DNA from: a virus
Taxonomy: Duplodnaviria > Caudoviricetes
IMG/VR virus record: IMGVR_UViG_2901201504_000001
Coordinates: 32,001 to 96,000 of that record
DNA: 64,000 nucleotides
Reading direction: 5' to 3' (one strand)
Below the pieces are notes generated by a model that made no database searches, had not been told where the DNA came from, and saw only the letters and a program-made list of their open reading frames with translations. Positions 30,546 to 41,286 of this stretch are shown here, piece after piece. A program made the translations under genes and the position numbers. How positions within the stretch are numbered: the first letter of the stretch is position 1; every line of letters starts with the position of its first letter.

Positions 30546-31034
30546 GTGAAATTTTATAAATTATTTATAGTTTTAATATTATGTTTCTTAGTAGTATGTG
30601 TAAATAAAACTGATTATTCCAAAAAAACAAAAAATGAGAAAATCGTACATAATTATCAACAAAAGCTCAAAGGTGAAGGGGAGAATTGGATAGTTAAACT
30701 AAATATAGATGGGAATTTAACATTAAATAATCCACTTTATCCTAATGAATATCTATTTGATAACACTCAACAGATTAAAATCCAATATAAAGGAGCTGTT
30801 GAGGATTTAGGAGAGCAGGTTACCTATATTTATAAAAATAAAGTCTGGGAAAGTCCTGTCTATATTTCGTCCAGAAATGGATTTCCAAGCACTTTTTTAG
30901 AAGATAAGTTTGGAGGTACAGGTCTTATTAAAGTAGAAAACTTCACGAATTCTTTTCCACTTTTTGAAACTGCAAACAATGTAACAATTACTTGGAAAGA
31001 TAATAAAGAAGTTATAACTTTACAAAATGAATAA
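30546..31034 (+). CDS. Exported/lipoprotein-like hypothetical protein
   Basis: N-terminal hydrophobic segment with Cys. Confidence 0.5.
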   Translation: MKFYKLFIVLILCFLVVCVNKTDYSKKTKNEKIVHNYQQKLKGEGENWIVKLNIDGNLTLNNPLYPNEYLFDNTQQIKIQYKGAVEDLGEQVTYIYKNKVWESPVYISSRNGFPSTFLEDKFGGTGLIKVENFTNSFPLFETANNVTITWKDNKEVITLQNE

Positions 31035-31115
31035 GAAGTACTACAAAGATAATTGATAGTGTTATTGTTATTAATACAATACAAACGTTCGCTTATATCT
31101 ATTATTAAAGACCAT

Positions 31116-31319
31116 TCACTTTCTAGAATGGTCTTTTGCATTCTTCCTTTCTATGTATCCAAGTGTGTAATAATAAACTGCCCAAAATACAAAAATAATA
31201 AAAAAACTATAATTTTTCTTATCTGAGGGCAGAAGATAAAAGCTGATAAAAGTTACTATCGCAAAGGGGGGCATTAACATCCAATATAATTTTCGTTTTG
31301 TCATATACGTCATCCTCAA
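31116..31319 (-). CDS. Small two-TM protein
   Basis: Two hydrophobic helices. Confidence 0.45.
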   Translation of the reverse strand: MRMTYMTKRKLYWMLMPPFAIVTFISFYLLPSDKKNYSFFIIFVFWAVYYYTLGYIERKNAKDHSRK

Positions 31320-31446
31320 ATAATTTTTTCTAATTTATAATAACATGAATGTTTATAATATTTACTCATACTCATAATAAAACAGATATTTTATTATTTT
31401 TGATCAATTGACTAGCTGAAAATGCTAGTTTTTTCTTTGTATTTTA

Positions 31447-31538
31447 TAATAAATAAAAGTTAAATAAACTAATATAAATATATTGTTTTATATTTATATA
31501 GATGGTATAATTTAGTTAATAAATAAAAGTTAAATAAA
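31447..31538 (+). promoter_or_regulatory. SigA promoter flanked by a perfect 22-bp direct repeat (repressor operator)
   Basis: TAATAAATAAAAGTTAAATAAA at 31447 and 31517; TTGTTT(31483)-N17-TATAAT(31506) with extended TG. Confidence 0.7.
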
Positions 31539-31571
31539 TACATATTAACTATTTAAAAGGGAGCGGTTAGA

Positions 31572-33422
31572 ATGTCAGTAGCTATGAAAATTAATGAGGA
31601 ATTAAAAGGAATTGAATTGTATTTTAACAGGAAGCCACAACAGAATGTTTTAGACGATCTTAAAACAAATGGTTTTAGATGGTCAAATTACAAAAAATGT
31701 TGGTATACAAAACAATCAGAAAGAGCATTTCAAATTGCAAACAGCTTAACGGCTGGTGAAAAAACTGTTTCTGCTATTAAAGAGAAAACAACTAAAAAGC
31801 AAATTATTAACCTATGGAATGCTACAAGATTTACTGACATAGCTGTTAATAAGGAACAAGATTTAAAAGAAATTGCTAAGGAAATTCGTACTAATATCAG
31901 AAAAAGATTTCCACAATGTAAATTTTCTGTAACAGTTCCTTATTACGGAAAAATTAATTTTGAAATTAAATCAAGTCCATATGAAAAAGAATCAGTTTAC
32001 TTAAAAGAAATTATCGGGTATTGTACGAGTCTCTTGGATGCTTACAGAAAATGTTATGATCCTGCTGATTCTTATAGTGATTATGGAGGTAGTTATAACT
32101 TTCATGGATGGGTATCTATTAGTTACGATTACACTCAAATAGAAGCAACTGAAGAAGTTAAAAAAGATATGCAGGAATTTGATATTAAACTAGGGGAATT
32201 TGAAAAGGCTGAAGAAGAGAAAAGAAGACAAGAGTTTCAAGAATGGCAAAAACAAAGAGAATTAGAAGAAATTGAGTTTAAAAAGCAGCAAGAAGAAGAA
32301 AAAAAGCAAGTTGAATTCATCTATAACAGCACTGATGTTAAAACGCTAGACGAAAATAATCAATACTTTATCATGGGTTCAGAATTTGCACATCTTAACA
32401 AAAACAATACTCTTAAGCAATATAAAGAGGAAGTACTTAAAGGAGAGTACTCATTGGAAGATGTGAAGATAACAAGAGAATTACATTTTAACAGTGAGGA
32501 AGCGTTAGAAAATTTCTCTAACATGTTATTAAATGATTTTGACTTTTTAAATGATACTGGAGGCAGTTTTACAGAAGATAATAGAGTGAATTCAATGACT
32601 GATTTTTATAACATGGATAAAGATGAAAGAGAAACAGTTAAATGGTATTTAAAAGGTGTAGCGGTGTATTTTGATAACAAATTACAGTTTATTGTAGATG
32701 CTCAAGGGTATTCATACGCTCGCTATGTAGGTCTAACTGAAAATGCAAAAATTGAGAAGTCTGTAACAGTTGAACAAATGTTAAATGATGAAGAATTGAA
32801 AGAACTACAACACCAGGCGGCAATTTTAGAAGATATTTCTGTTAGTGTTATTGAAGAATTAGAGATCACTAAATCATGGAATAATGAGAGATGGAAAGAG
32901 TACAAGGAAGTATTTAAAAGTAAATTAATTAAATATGAAATAGTTTTAACAAGAGAAATAATTCAACAATTAGAGATTGAAGAATTAAAAGTAAGAATGT
33001 ATAAACTACTTACTGAAGTAGAAAGCATTAGGGATCAATTTGCAGAGGCCAATATACAAAAAGGAGAACAATTAACACTATTCTATATATCTGATTGGGG
33101 CTCAATTGTAACTCAGCGATTAACTTTTGATAGTGTGGAAAATGAAAAGTATGCGCAATATAGTAATGCTGTTAGACTAACATTTACTCCAGAAAAGAAA
33201 CGTAAATTGCATTATAAACACTTCTATTCTACATTGTTAGTTTATAAAGGATGGCACAAGCTACCCAATACAGTTTTAAACCATGTAGAAGAAAAGAACA
33301 GTATGAGAATAACAAGAAGTAAATATCATTCATGTGATAAAAAACAATATGATGAAATTCTAACATATTTTGATCAACACGATATAAGACCGATTGTAAA
33401 CACTTATAAACCACAATTCTAA
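31572..33422 (+). CDS. Large polyvalent-protein-associated (LPD29-like) multidomain protein
   Basis: GIELYF..KP....LK.NGFRW..K.CWY N-domain; IAKEIRTNIRKRFPQCKFSV LPD29-like motif. Confidence 0.55.
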   Translation: MSVAMKINEELKGIELYFNRKPQQNVLDDLKTNGFRWSNYKKCWYTKQSERAFQIANSLTAGEKTVSAIKEKTTKKQIINLWNATRFTDIAVNKEQDLKEIAKEIRTNIRKRFPQCKFSVTVPYYGKINFEIKSSPYEKESVYLKEIIGYCTSLLDAYRKCYDPADSYSDYGGSYNFHGWVSISYDYTQIEATEEVKKDMQEFDIKLGEFEKAEEEKRRQEFQEWQKQRELEEIEFKKQQEEEKKQVEFIYNSTDVKTLDENNQYFIMGSEFAHLNKNNTLKQYKEEVLKGEYSLEDVKITRELHFNSEEALENFSNMLLNDFDFLNDTGGSFTEDNRVNSMTDFYNMDKDERETVKWYLKGVAVYFDNKLQFIVDAQGYSYARYVGLTENAKIEKSVTVEQMLNDEELKELQHQAAILEDISVSVIEELEITKSWNNERWKEYKEVFKSKLIKYEIVLTREIIQQLEIEELKVRMYKLLTEVESIRDQFAEANIQKGEQLTLFYISDWGSIVTQRLTFDSVENEKYAQYSNAVRLTFTPEKKRKLHYKHFYSTLLVYKGWHKLPNTVLNHVEEKNSMRITRSKYHSCDKKQYDEILTYFDQHDIRPIVNTYKPQF

Positions 33423-33494
33423 TATAACAACAAGGCTGCAGTTTTCCAAGGTTCTGCATAACAAAAACCTTTGATTATTCCAGGAGGTAATATA

Positions 33495-35105
33495 ATGTTA
33501 AATAATCCAGATTTTTATCCGACTCCAATAAACTTGATTCATAAAATGTTAGGAAAGTTAGATTTCAGATACATAAAATCAGTTTTAGAGCCAAGTGGAG
33601 GCAAAGGAGACTTATTGGAAGCTATAACAAAGCAGTTTTCATATAACAGTCGTAATAGTAAAAAACAGTCATATGATATTGATACAATCGAAATAGATGA
33701 GAATTTACAGCACATTCTGAAAGGTAAAGGTTTCAGGCTAGTACATGATGATTTTTTAACTTATCAATCTTTCAAACGTTATAGTGCTATTATTGCAAAT
33801 TTTCCTTTTTCTCAAGGCGATAAACATCTGTTAAAGGCCATAGAAATGCAGTCAAACGGTGGGGAAATAGTAGCTTTGATTAACGCTGAAACATTGATGA
33901 ATCCATACAGTAACACAAGAAAAGAACTGGTTCAGAAGCTAACAGACTTAAATGCTGAAGTAGAATATATAGAATCTGCTTTTATAAATTCTGATCGCTC
34001 TACAAATGTAACAGTTGCCTTAATTTACATATCAATATCGAAAAATGAATATAACAGCGTGATACTTAACGAACTGAAGAAAGAAGAACTACAAGAATCT
34101 AATAATCAATATAACAGTCGTGAGCTAGTTGATTCGGATTTTATAAAAGGAATTGTACAACAGTATAATTATGAAGTAAAAGCCGGTTTAAAGCTCATAG
34201 AAGAGTATAACAGCCTTACTCCGTACATGTTGCAGAGTTTTAAGGATAACAGCTCGCCTGTATTAAAATTGACACTAGATTACAATGATGAGAGTAGCAG
34301 CTTAGAAAATTCATATATAAAAAGAATCAGAGCGAAATACTGGAATGCATTATTTTCTAATGATCAATTTATGGGACTGTTTACAAGTAATTTGAAGCAG
34401 AAGTATTTAGAGCAAGTTGAGGAATTAAAGGACTATGACTTTTCTTTCTATAACATTTACACTTTAAGAATTCAAATTAGTAAAGAAATGGTACAAGGTG
34501 TAGAAGATACAATACTGAGTCTTTTTGAAGAGTTCAGCCATAAACATTATTATGATGAATCATCAAAAAACATCCATTTATATAACGGTTGGAAAACTAA
34601 CAAATCATATAAGATTAATAAAAAAGTAATTATCCCTTTAAATGGTTTTAATGGTTGGTTTGATAGAGCGTATCGCCCTACTGACTACAGGGTATCAGAC
34701 AAATTAAAGGACATAGAGAAAGTATTTAACTATTTAGATGACGGACAAACTGAAGAAATTGATATAGCAGATACTTTAAAAATGGCCGAACATTATCAGG
34801 AATCAAGAAAAATTGATCTTAAATATTTCTATATTACATTCTATAAAAAGGGAACTTGTCATATTGAATTTAAGAATATGGAACTTTTACATAAATTTAA
34901 CCTCTATGGATCGCAGCGTAAAGGATGGCTTCCTCCTTCATACGGGAATGTTAAATACAGTGATATGACAAGTGAAGAAAGAGAAGTAATTAATCAATTT
35001 GAAGGTGAGAAATCATATAGCAGAGTTGTTAGTAATAAAGCTTATTACATTGTTGAATCAGGGGATATATTAAAACTTACAGGAGGAAATCAAAAGGCTG
35101 TATAA
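33495..35105 (+). CDS. N6-adenine DNA methyltransferase-like protein with DUF4942-type C-terminus
   Basis: DFYPTP, VLEPSGGKG, DFL, motif IV variant NFPF, FYKKGTCHIEF. Confidence 0.75.
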   Translation: MLNNPDFYPTPINLIHKMLGKLDFRYIKSVLEPSGGKGDLLEAITKQFSYNSRNSKKQSYDIDTIEIDENLQHILKGKGFRLVHDDFLTYQSFKRYSAIIANFPFSQGDKHLLKAIEMQSNGGEIVALINAETLMNPYSNTRKELVQKLTDLNAEVEYIESAFINSDRSTNVTVALIYISISKNEYNSVILNELKKEELQESNNQYNSRELVDSDFIKGIVQQYNYEVKAGLKLIEEYNSLTPYMLQSFKDNSSPVLKLTLDYNDESSSLENSYIKRIRAKYWNALFSNDQFMGLFTSNLKQKYLEQVEELKDYDFSFYNIYTLRIQISKEMVQGVEDTILSLFEEFSHKHYYDESSKNIHLYNGWKTNKSYKINKKVIIPLNGFNGWFDRAYRPTDYRVSDKLKDIEKVFNYLDDGQTEEIDIADTLKMAEHYQESRKIDLKYFYITFYKKGTCHIEFKNMELLHKFNLYGSQRKGWLPPSYGNVKYSDMTSEEREVINQFEGEKSYSRVVSNKAYYIVESGDILKLTGGNQKAV

Positions 35106-35485
35106 CAGAACTTGAAATTTATTGCTGAGTTATATGGAGTATTTAAAAATAAATTAATTCAAAAATAAATATTCCGTATAACAACAAACTTTTTTTCGAG
35201 CATGGACTTTTTAAAGAAATAAATTCATGGACTATAGAAACCTTAATTTTCTATATAACAGCTAGTCATTTTTAGAGCTGGCTCAATTTGAAGGGATGTG
35301 AAAAAGGAATGGAGAGAATAAAATGCTTATTTTATGATAACATCTACGTTATTTCATTTTTCGTTATGTTAGTCGTATTTAATATCATGATTATTTTTTC
35401 ACTAACAAAGTAATACATTTCATAAGGAAATCAACTAATAAAAATTCTCATATTTTTCTAAAATTGTGTTATGATAGTATAAGTT

Positions 35486-35785
35486 TTGAAAGAAAAGGAA
35501 TGGACTTATCTCATGCTTATAGTATTTACTATTTATTTATGTATTGGTCTGGTCATAGGTTATTACAGAATTAAAGATATTGATGATGTAATCGATGATT
35601 ATGAAAATGGCGAAGAAATGATGGATGAAGAATTACAGTTGTTAAATAGTTTATCTGAATTAAATAATACTGTGGGAGGTAAATCTTCTTTAGTTGTTTT
35701 TTACGTGGTACATGCTTTATTTTGGTTACCAATGGAATCAAGCTACTATTATAAAAAATTGATAAATTTCTTTAAGAAAGAGTAA
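35486..35785 (+). CDS. Membrane hypothetical protein
   Basis: Two hydrophobic segments. Confidence 0.45.
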   Translation: MKEKEWTYLMLIVFTIYLCIGLVIGYYRIKDIDDVIDDYENGEEMMDEELQLLNSLSELNNTVGGKSSLVVFYVVHALFWLPMESSYYYKKLINFFKKE

Positions 35786-35811
35786 TAAACAAGACAGAAG
35801 GGATTATTGTC

Positions 35812-35997
35812 ATGGCAACTATAAATTTCTACGATGACTTACTAGATCATTATGTACTATATGAAAATAATTACAATAGATGTAAAAGTATGATAACTAG
35901 TGCGTTTAAGTATAAATACATAACAGAAGAGGAGTATAAGTACTTAATAAATAAGTTGAATGTCAAACATGAGGAAATGATTGAAGCGAATAAATAA
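35812..35997 (+). CDS. Hypothetical protein
   Basis: 61-aa ORF with RBS. Confidence 0.45.
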   Translation: MATINFYDDLLDHYVLYENNYNRCKSMITSAFKYKYITEEEYKYLINKLNVKHEEMIEANK

Positions 35998-36082
35998 AGA
36001 TTAAATAATTTAAAAAATAATCTTGCGCACATTTCCAACTAGTGGTAAAATGTAGTTAATAAGAAAAGATAATTAAATAAAC
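35990..36082 (+). promoter_or_regulatory. SigA promoter of mazF flanked by operator-like repeats
   Basis: TTGCGC(36023)-N17-TAAAAT(36046) with extended TG; ATAAATAAAGATTAAATAA upstream and a related copy downstream. Confidence 0.55.
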
Positions 36083-36109
36083 TAAATTTATAGAAAAGGT
36101 GTGATTGAT

Positions 36110-36460
36110 ATGATGAATGTGAAACGAGGTGATATTTACCTCGCAGACCTATCACCAGTGGTTGGATCAGAACAAGGAGGTTTGCGTCCGGTATTAATTA
36201 TTCAAAACGATATTGGCAATAGGTATAGTCCAACTGTAATTGTAGCTGCAATCACTTCTCAAATCCAAAAAGCAAAGCTTCCGACTCATGTTGAAGTAAG
36301 TAAGAGATACGGTGTAGAAAAAGATTCAGTTATTTTAGGTGAGCAGATGCGTACAATTGATAAGAAAAGATTAACAACAAATAAATTAGGCCATCTAGAC
36401 GATTACATAATGGAAAAGGTTGATATAGCAATACAAGTGAGCGTTGGGCTAGTTGGTTGA
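36110..36460 (+). CDS. mazF: MazF/PemK (EndoA-like) endoribonuclease, no adjacent antitoxin
   Basis: [59 protein letters not shown], nearly the Bacillus EndoA sequence. Confidence 0.92.
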   Translation: MMNVKRGDIYLADLSPVVGSEQGGLRPVLIIQNDIGNRYSPTVIVAAITSQIQKAKLPTHVEVSKRYGVEKDSVILGEQMRTIDKKRLTTNKLGHLDDYIMEKVDIAIQVSVGLVG

Positions 36461-36639
36461 TATATAGGGTAAGTTAGTAATTTACTAGACTAGATGACAA
36501 GTGAGGAAAGTGATTTTTATAAGCAACAAGGATAATGAACAAAAGGAAATGGAATACTTTGAGACGGTAGAAGATATTATTAAATTCTATCAAAAAGACA
36601 ATAAGTGTTGAAATGTAAATTTTATTAAATTTATAAGAG

Positions 36640-36840
36640 GTGAATGAAATGTTTAAACTATGTTGGATTAAGAAGAACTCTTGGGGCGAAACGGGAGGGT
36701 ATGGATGTTGTACCAAGCATGATACGATTGAAGAAATAATTAAAATTATGTCTAAATGTATCTACAATGGGGAATGGATTGAAGATAAAAATGGAAATAA
36801 ACTGGATATAGATTTAAGTAAAGTAGCAATAACAAGATAA
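36640..36840 (+). CDS. Hypothetical protein
   Basis: 66-aa ORF with RBS GAGGTG. Confidence 0.45.
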   Translation: MNEMFKLCWIKKNSWGETGGYGCCTKHDTIEEIIKIMSKCIYNGEWIEDKNGNKLDIDLSKVAITR

Positions 36841-36865
36841 AATATTTCTATTAAAGGAGTAGAAC

Positions 36866-37057
36866 ATGGAGAATAATATGAAATTAGTACATGCATTAAG
36901 TGATAATTTGGATAGATTAAAAGTTTTTAGCACAGGATATACTACCGGTAATAAAAGTGCCTTATTAGTTAGCTTTGAAGGTAATGTGTATAAAATAGAT
37001 ATTCAAAAAGTTCAAGAAGGTGAAGTTGATATAGATATAGTTGATACTTACCTGTAA
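36866..37057 (+). CDS. Hypothetical protein
   Basis: 63-aa ORF with RBS AAGGAG. Confidence 0.5.
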   Translation: MENNMKLVHALSDNLDRLKVFSTGYTTGNKSALLVSFEGNVYKIDIQKVQEGEVDIDIVDTYL

Positions 37058-37193
37058 ATCAAATAAAAGAAGTCTTTCAATGGCTTTTAACGATGCTTAT
37101 AACTTATTAAAACTAAATTAATTAATAATATAGTTATAAGTATTATTTAACAGCTATGTGAGACAAATTTATAAATTCTTAGGAGGAGAATAA

Positions 37194-37988
37194 ATGGTTA
37201 AAAGTAAAGAAAGAAGTGAGCAGTTAAGCGCTACTACGACTGAAGAAAATTTAATGGTTTTAGTCGAAAGTCGTACTATGAGGGATCAGCATGTCTATAG
37301 GGATGAAATACTTGAGAAAGTAAAATCAGTTGCATCATTAACAGATAATTTCGAAATGACATTGCAGATGGCAGCGGATTATTATGAAGTGGGTTTTGAA
37401 GCAATAAAATCTCTTATTAAGCGAAATCGAAACGAATTTAATGAATATGCTGAATTACGAATTTTAAAAGGGAAAGTGCTTAAAGAATTTAAAGCTCAAG
37501 TTCAGCTTGAACCCGACCTTAAAACAGCACCATCGTTGACATTGATTAATCGTAGAGGTTTATTACGAATAGGAATGCTTCTTACAGAATCAGATGTTGC
37601 GAAAACAGTCAGAAATTATTTGCTTAATGTTGAGGAAGTTTCAACAGATGAACAGAAAAGATGGGCTGTAGAAAGGGAAATTAGTAAACGTGAAAGAAGA
37701 CAACTAACAGATGCAATTCAAGAGTTCTATTCTGGTACTCTAAAAGAAGGCATGGAGTATGCTACATTTACAAATTTAGTTTATAAAGTGATTTTTGATA
37801 TGAACGCTACTCAATTAAAAGCCCTCTATGAATTAGGTAAGAATGAGCCTTTACGTGATTCATTTACTACAGAAGATTTACGAAAGGTTGTAAAAGCAGA
37901 GAAAACAATTTCGGTATTGTTATTACTTGGGAAGGACTACAGTGAAATTAAATCTGAGCTTTTAGCTAACGCAGAAAAGTATCAATAA
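37194..37988 (+). CDS. Phage antirepressor-like DNA-binding protein
   Basis: MAADYYEVGFEAIKSLIKRNRNE...RRGLLRIGMLLTESDVAKTVRNYLL; C-terminal RRQLTDAI...YATFTNLVYK. Confidence 0.55.
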   Translation: MVKSKERSEQLSATTTEENLMVLVESRTMRDQHVYRDEILEKVKSVASLTDNFEMTLQMAADYYEVGFEAIKSLIKRNRNEFNEYAELRILKGKVLKEFKAQVQLEPDLKTAPSLTLINRRGLLRIGMLLTESDVAKTVRNYLLNVEEVSTDEQKRWAVEREISKRERRQLTDAIQEFYSGTLKEGMEYATFTNLVYKVIFDMNATQLKALYELGKNEPLRDSFTTEDLRKVVKAEKTISVLLLLGKDYSEIKSELLANAEKYQ

Positions 37989-38035
37989 GCATTATACGGC
38001 AAGTTGGATAATCTGCTTCTGATTTGCCGTAGACA

Positions 38036-38302
38036 ATGATCTATAGGAGGTATTTTATGAATTATAAAGATATCTTAGATGATGAAGGAGAAATCTTTGT
38101 TGCTGGCCAGTGGTTTAAAGCTGAAGATTTTCAAGAAGTACAAAGTGCTCAGAATGAAGAAGTTGAAACAAATACATATAGCACTGACGAGCTACTAGAT
38201 CAATATAGGGATTACATGACATTACATAAGATGTTTGATGATATAGAGTATAAGGAAGCTGCTGAGAGCGTTATAAGACAGTTAAGAAGTAAATTAGTAT
38301 AA
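38036..38302 (+). CDS. Hypothetical protein
   Basis: RBS AGGAGG before internal ATG. Confidence 0.5.
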   Translation: MIYRRYFMNYKDILDDEGEIFVAGQWFKAEDFQEVQSAQNEEVETNTYSTDELLDQYRDYMTLHKMFDDIEYKEAAESVIRQLRSKLV

Positions 38303-38532
38303 AATTAAGGATTTTAAGAAACATGTACTTAGATATTACGGAAATTGGATAACGGATGAAGAAATACAAATATCTCTAGAGATTGCAATATGCATTTTTG
38401 AAGGTGAACAAATTTTTGTAGTGGATGCTCCATTATGTATACATGCAACTGCTTATTTAGATGAACATCTGATACAATATTATTAGTTGGAAATAAACGA
38501 ATAAAACAAGTCTTTTATTTGGAGGTAATAAA

Positions 38533-38844
38533 ATGAGCCTAAGAGTTGAATTAGAGAAGTACATATATCAAAGCAATGAATCGTTATTAAATATATTTAA
38601 GAATGACCTTAAAGGAGAAGAGTATTTTAACGATTTTATCAAATTGCTAAAGGAAGAGTTAAAATCTCATGAATTATTTAACGATGTTTCTTTATCTAAA
38701 TTCAAAAATGGTATAGAAGGTGAAAATAGTTTCATTAGGTTTATGTCATTGATTAGATCAGTATTTGTCCCAGAAGAAGTGACTGCAATGTCAAAAGAAC
38801 ATTTTAATAGAATACAAGAAGAAATCAAAGGCATTTTAGAATAA
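38533..38844 (+). CDS. Hypothetical protein
   Basis: RBS GGAGG; bounded by junction palindromes. Confidence 0.55.
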   Translation: MSLRVELEKYIYQSNESLLNIFKNDLKGEEYFNDFIKLLKEELKSHELFNDVSLSKFKNGIEGENSFIRFMSLIRSVFVPEEVTAMSKEHFNRIQEEIKGILE

Positions 38845-38874
38845 ATCGAATATTTTAATTGGAGGAAGATTATT

Positions 38875-39426
38875 TTGACTGATAGAGAAAATGCTATTGA
38901 GAACATAATGAATTTTTTAGAAGATAAAGAGAAAAGAATATTATTAATTAGAGGTTATGATAACAAGGCTAAGATTAGAGCTTCTCTTTCTTGTTTGAAT
39001 AGGGTGTTTAGCAAGGGAATCATAAGAACAGGTTTAATGTCTGATATTTCAGATCATATTAATTGTGCTTTTAATAGAGATATTTTACCTCATCAAGTCA
39101 AATCGACAACAAGTTATAAAATAGGGAAGATGAATGTTAGGATCAATAGTTATGTAAATCATACACAATCTAATCCAAAAGGAAATGAAAATACGTTTAC
39201 TTTATTTTTGCCTGTAGAAAACGTATTGAAAAAGGATAGTAGGTATAATGATTTTATAGATGATTTAAATAATTCTGGTTCAGCTAAAGTTATTCTTATT
39301 ACCACTAATGAATGGGGAATAAATAATTGGGATATTGAAGCTCATGTTGATGAAGTTTTCTTTTATAAAGTAGAAAACGATAATCCGCAACTAATGAGTA
39401 ATCTAAGAAATAACGGTGCATTATAG
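38875..39426 (+). CDS. Hypothetical protein, degenerate P-loop-like alpha/beta fold
   Basis: ILLIRGYDNKAK and VILITTN segments; RBS GGAGG. Confidence 0.5.
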   Translation: MTDRENAIENIMNFLEDKEKRILLIRGYDNKAKIRASLSCLNRVFSKGIIRTGLMSDISDHINCAFNRDILPHQVKSTTSYKIGKMNVRINSYVNHTQSNPKGNENTFTLFLPVENVLKKDSRYNDFIDDLNNSGSAKVILITTNEWGINNWDIEAHVDEVFFYKVENDNPQLMSNLRNNGAL

Positions 39427-39473
39427 GGAGTTTAAAGTAGTACAAGTAAATAAAATGACAAAATTAAAATGAA

Positions 39474-39656
39474 ATGGTGGGAGTTTCTATGTTAACTAAA
39501 GTTATGACTGAAGAAGAAATGCAACAATATGCCAATGAAAAAGAGGGTTATGAGGTTGAGTTTTTACCAGAGTATGCATTGAAATTAGGATATGAAGCAA
39601 CATTAGAAGAAGATTCAATTGGTGAAGAATACTATATTTTTAACAAGATAAAATAA
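39474..39656 (+). CDS. Hypothetical acidic protein
   Basis: 60-aa ORF. Confidence 0.4.
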   Translation: MVGVSMLTKVMTEEEMQQYANEKEGYEVEFLPEYALKLGYEATLEEDSIGEEYYIFNKIK

Positions 39657-39780
39657 CTATTTCATAAGTAGTTCATAAATAAAATCACCTTAAATATTTT
39701 CTTAAAATTATCACTTGAAATTTTATATCAAATAGTTTGAAATATATGTAGAATGTTTGTTTGTATAATTATGAAAAGAG

Positions 39781-40623
39781 GTGATGTCTTTGTGGAATGC
39801 CAAAATATTTATGGAGAAGTTTAAAAGTTGTTTGGCTTTTTCAGCAACTTTAGGTGGTTTTCTTTTAATATTTTATCCTCCTGGTGATCTTGATACTAAA
39901 CGAGGAATAGCTGCAGTAGTTGCGTTTATTATTGCGAATGTCTTAGCCGCAATAATTTTAGCAAAGCCAAAGAAAAAAATAAGTTTGGATATTTCGAAAA
40001 AGGTCAAGTTAAATATATTTTACGGTGACATATTTGATTCATCGTCAAATATTGTAATTCCCGTAAATGAATACTTTGATACGCTCGTAGACAATGTTCC
40101 TGATACTGTTATTTCAAGCAGAACACTACATGGTAAATTTGTTAAGCTGATTTATGGTGGTAACGTTGCTGAATTAGATGTTGCGATTGAAAATGCATTA
40201 AGCAGTGTTGATTGTAACATTAACCCCACTAGGAAGAAAGGTAAAACTAAAAAGTACAACATCGGTCAAACTATATGCATTAGTAAGGACGGTAAGAAAT
40301 ACAGTCTATTAGCATTTAGTAAGTTCGATGAATACAATAAAGCCTATCTGTCCAAAAAGAACTATCAGTTGGTAATACAAGATTTATTTGACCATCTCCA
40401 TGTTATTTCGCAAGGTGAAGAAGTAAACATGCCATTAATCGGAGCTGGTCAATCTGGAATCAACTTAACCAAGCAAGAACTTTTAGAGTACTTAATCTTC
40501 TCACTAAAAATGTGCGATGATCTTACATTAAGTGGAGGAATTAATATCGTATTGCATGAAAGCTTAAGAAAAGAACTTGATTTAAACAAAATTGAGTTTA
40601 TTTCAAAAAGAGGAGGATTTTAA
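39781..40623 (+). CDS. thsA: Thoeris type II ThsA (2 TM + macro domain)
   Basis: Two N-terminal TMs; GDIF, VIPVNEYFDT, LHGKF, MPLIGAGQSG macro motifs; adjacent to a TIR gene. Confidence 0.85.
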   Translation: MMSLWNAKIFMEKFKSCLAFSATLGGFLLIFYPPGDLDTKRGIAAVVAFIIANVLAAIILAKPKKKISLDISKKVKLNIFYGDIFDSSSNIVIPVNEYFDTLVDNVPDTVISSRTLHGKFVKLIYGGNVAELDVAIENALSSVDCNINPTRKKGKTKKYNIGQTICISKDGKKYSLLAFSKFDEYNKAYLSKKNYQLVIQDLFDHLHVISQGEEVNMPLIGAGQSGINLTKQELLEYLIFSLKMCDDLTLSGGINIVLHESLRKELDLNKIEFISKRGGF

Positions 40624-40624
40624 A

Positions 40625-41179
40625 ATGGCATACAGAAATGGAACATACGTGGCGTTCAATGGGTGTGGTACAACGAATCCAACAGAAAGTGATATGAAAT
40701 ATTATGGATTATTGCAAAAATGGAATAAAGAATACGGGGCAGATTTAAATTTCAGCGATAGTCACGATAAAACATACAGTGTACGAGATTCTAGTAAAAC
40801 AGAAACATTGAAACGAAGATTGCTTGAAAGGTTGAAGAATTCAAAACATATAGTACTTATCGTTACTGAAAATTCAAGTTGGAATCGAGGTCTTCTTAAT
40901 TGGGAAATTGAAAAAGCGGTTGAGCAATATAAAATCCCATTGATTGTTGCACATACTACTTGTTCTGGATTTATATCGAGCCCTAAGCAATTAGCCCATT
41001 TGTTACCAGAGGAATTTAAGAACCAAGTGGCTAAAGGAAATATTAAAGCTATCCACGTTCCGTTTAGGAAAAGAGCAATTGGCGCAGCAATTCGTCAATT
41101 TGGTATCAATAATCAAATTCCAGATACAGCTTTTGACTATTATATTCAAAAAGCATATATTGATTGGGATTACAGATAA
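40625..41179 (+). CDS. thsB: Thoeris ThsB TIR-domain protein
   Basis: MAYRNGTYVAF, SVRDSS, LKRRLLERLKNSK, NWEIEKA (catalytic Glu), IPLI. Confidence 0.88.
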   Translation: MAYRNGTYVAFNGCGTTNPTESDMKYYGLLQKWNKEYGADLNFSDSHDKTYSVRDSSKTETLKRRLLERLKNSKHIVLIVTENSSWNRGLLNWEIEKAVEQYKIPLIVAHTTCSGFISSPKQLAHLLPEEFKNQVAKGNIKAIHVPFRKRAIGAAIRQFGINNQIPDTAFDYYIQKAYIDWDYR

Positions 41180-41286
41180 AAGATTGCTTTTATAATAGAG
41201 ATTACATTAAATATAGAGCGAGTTATTACAACAAGACATGCTTCATCGCTCTTAGTTATTACATTACGAAACTAGGAGGGATTTTC

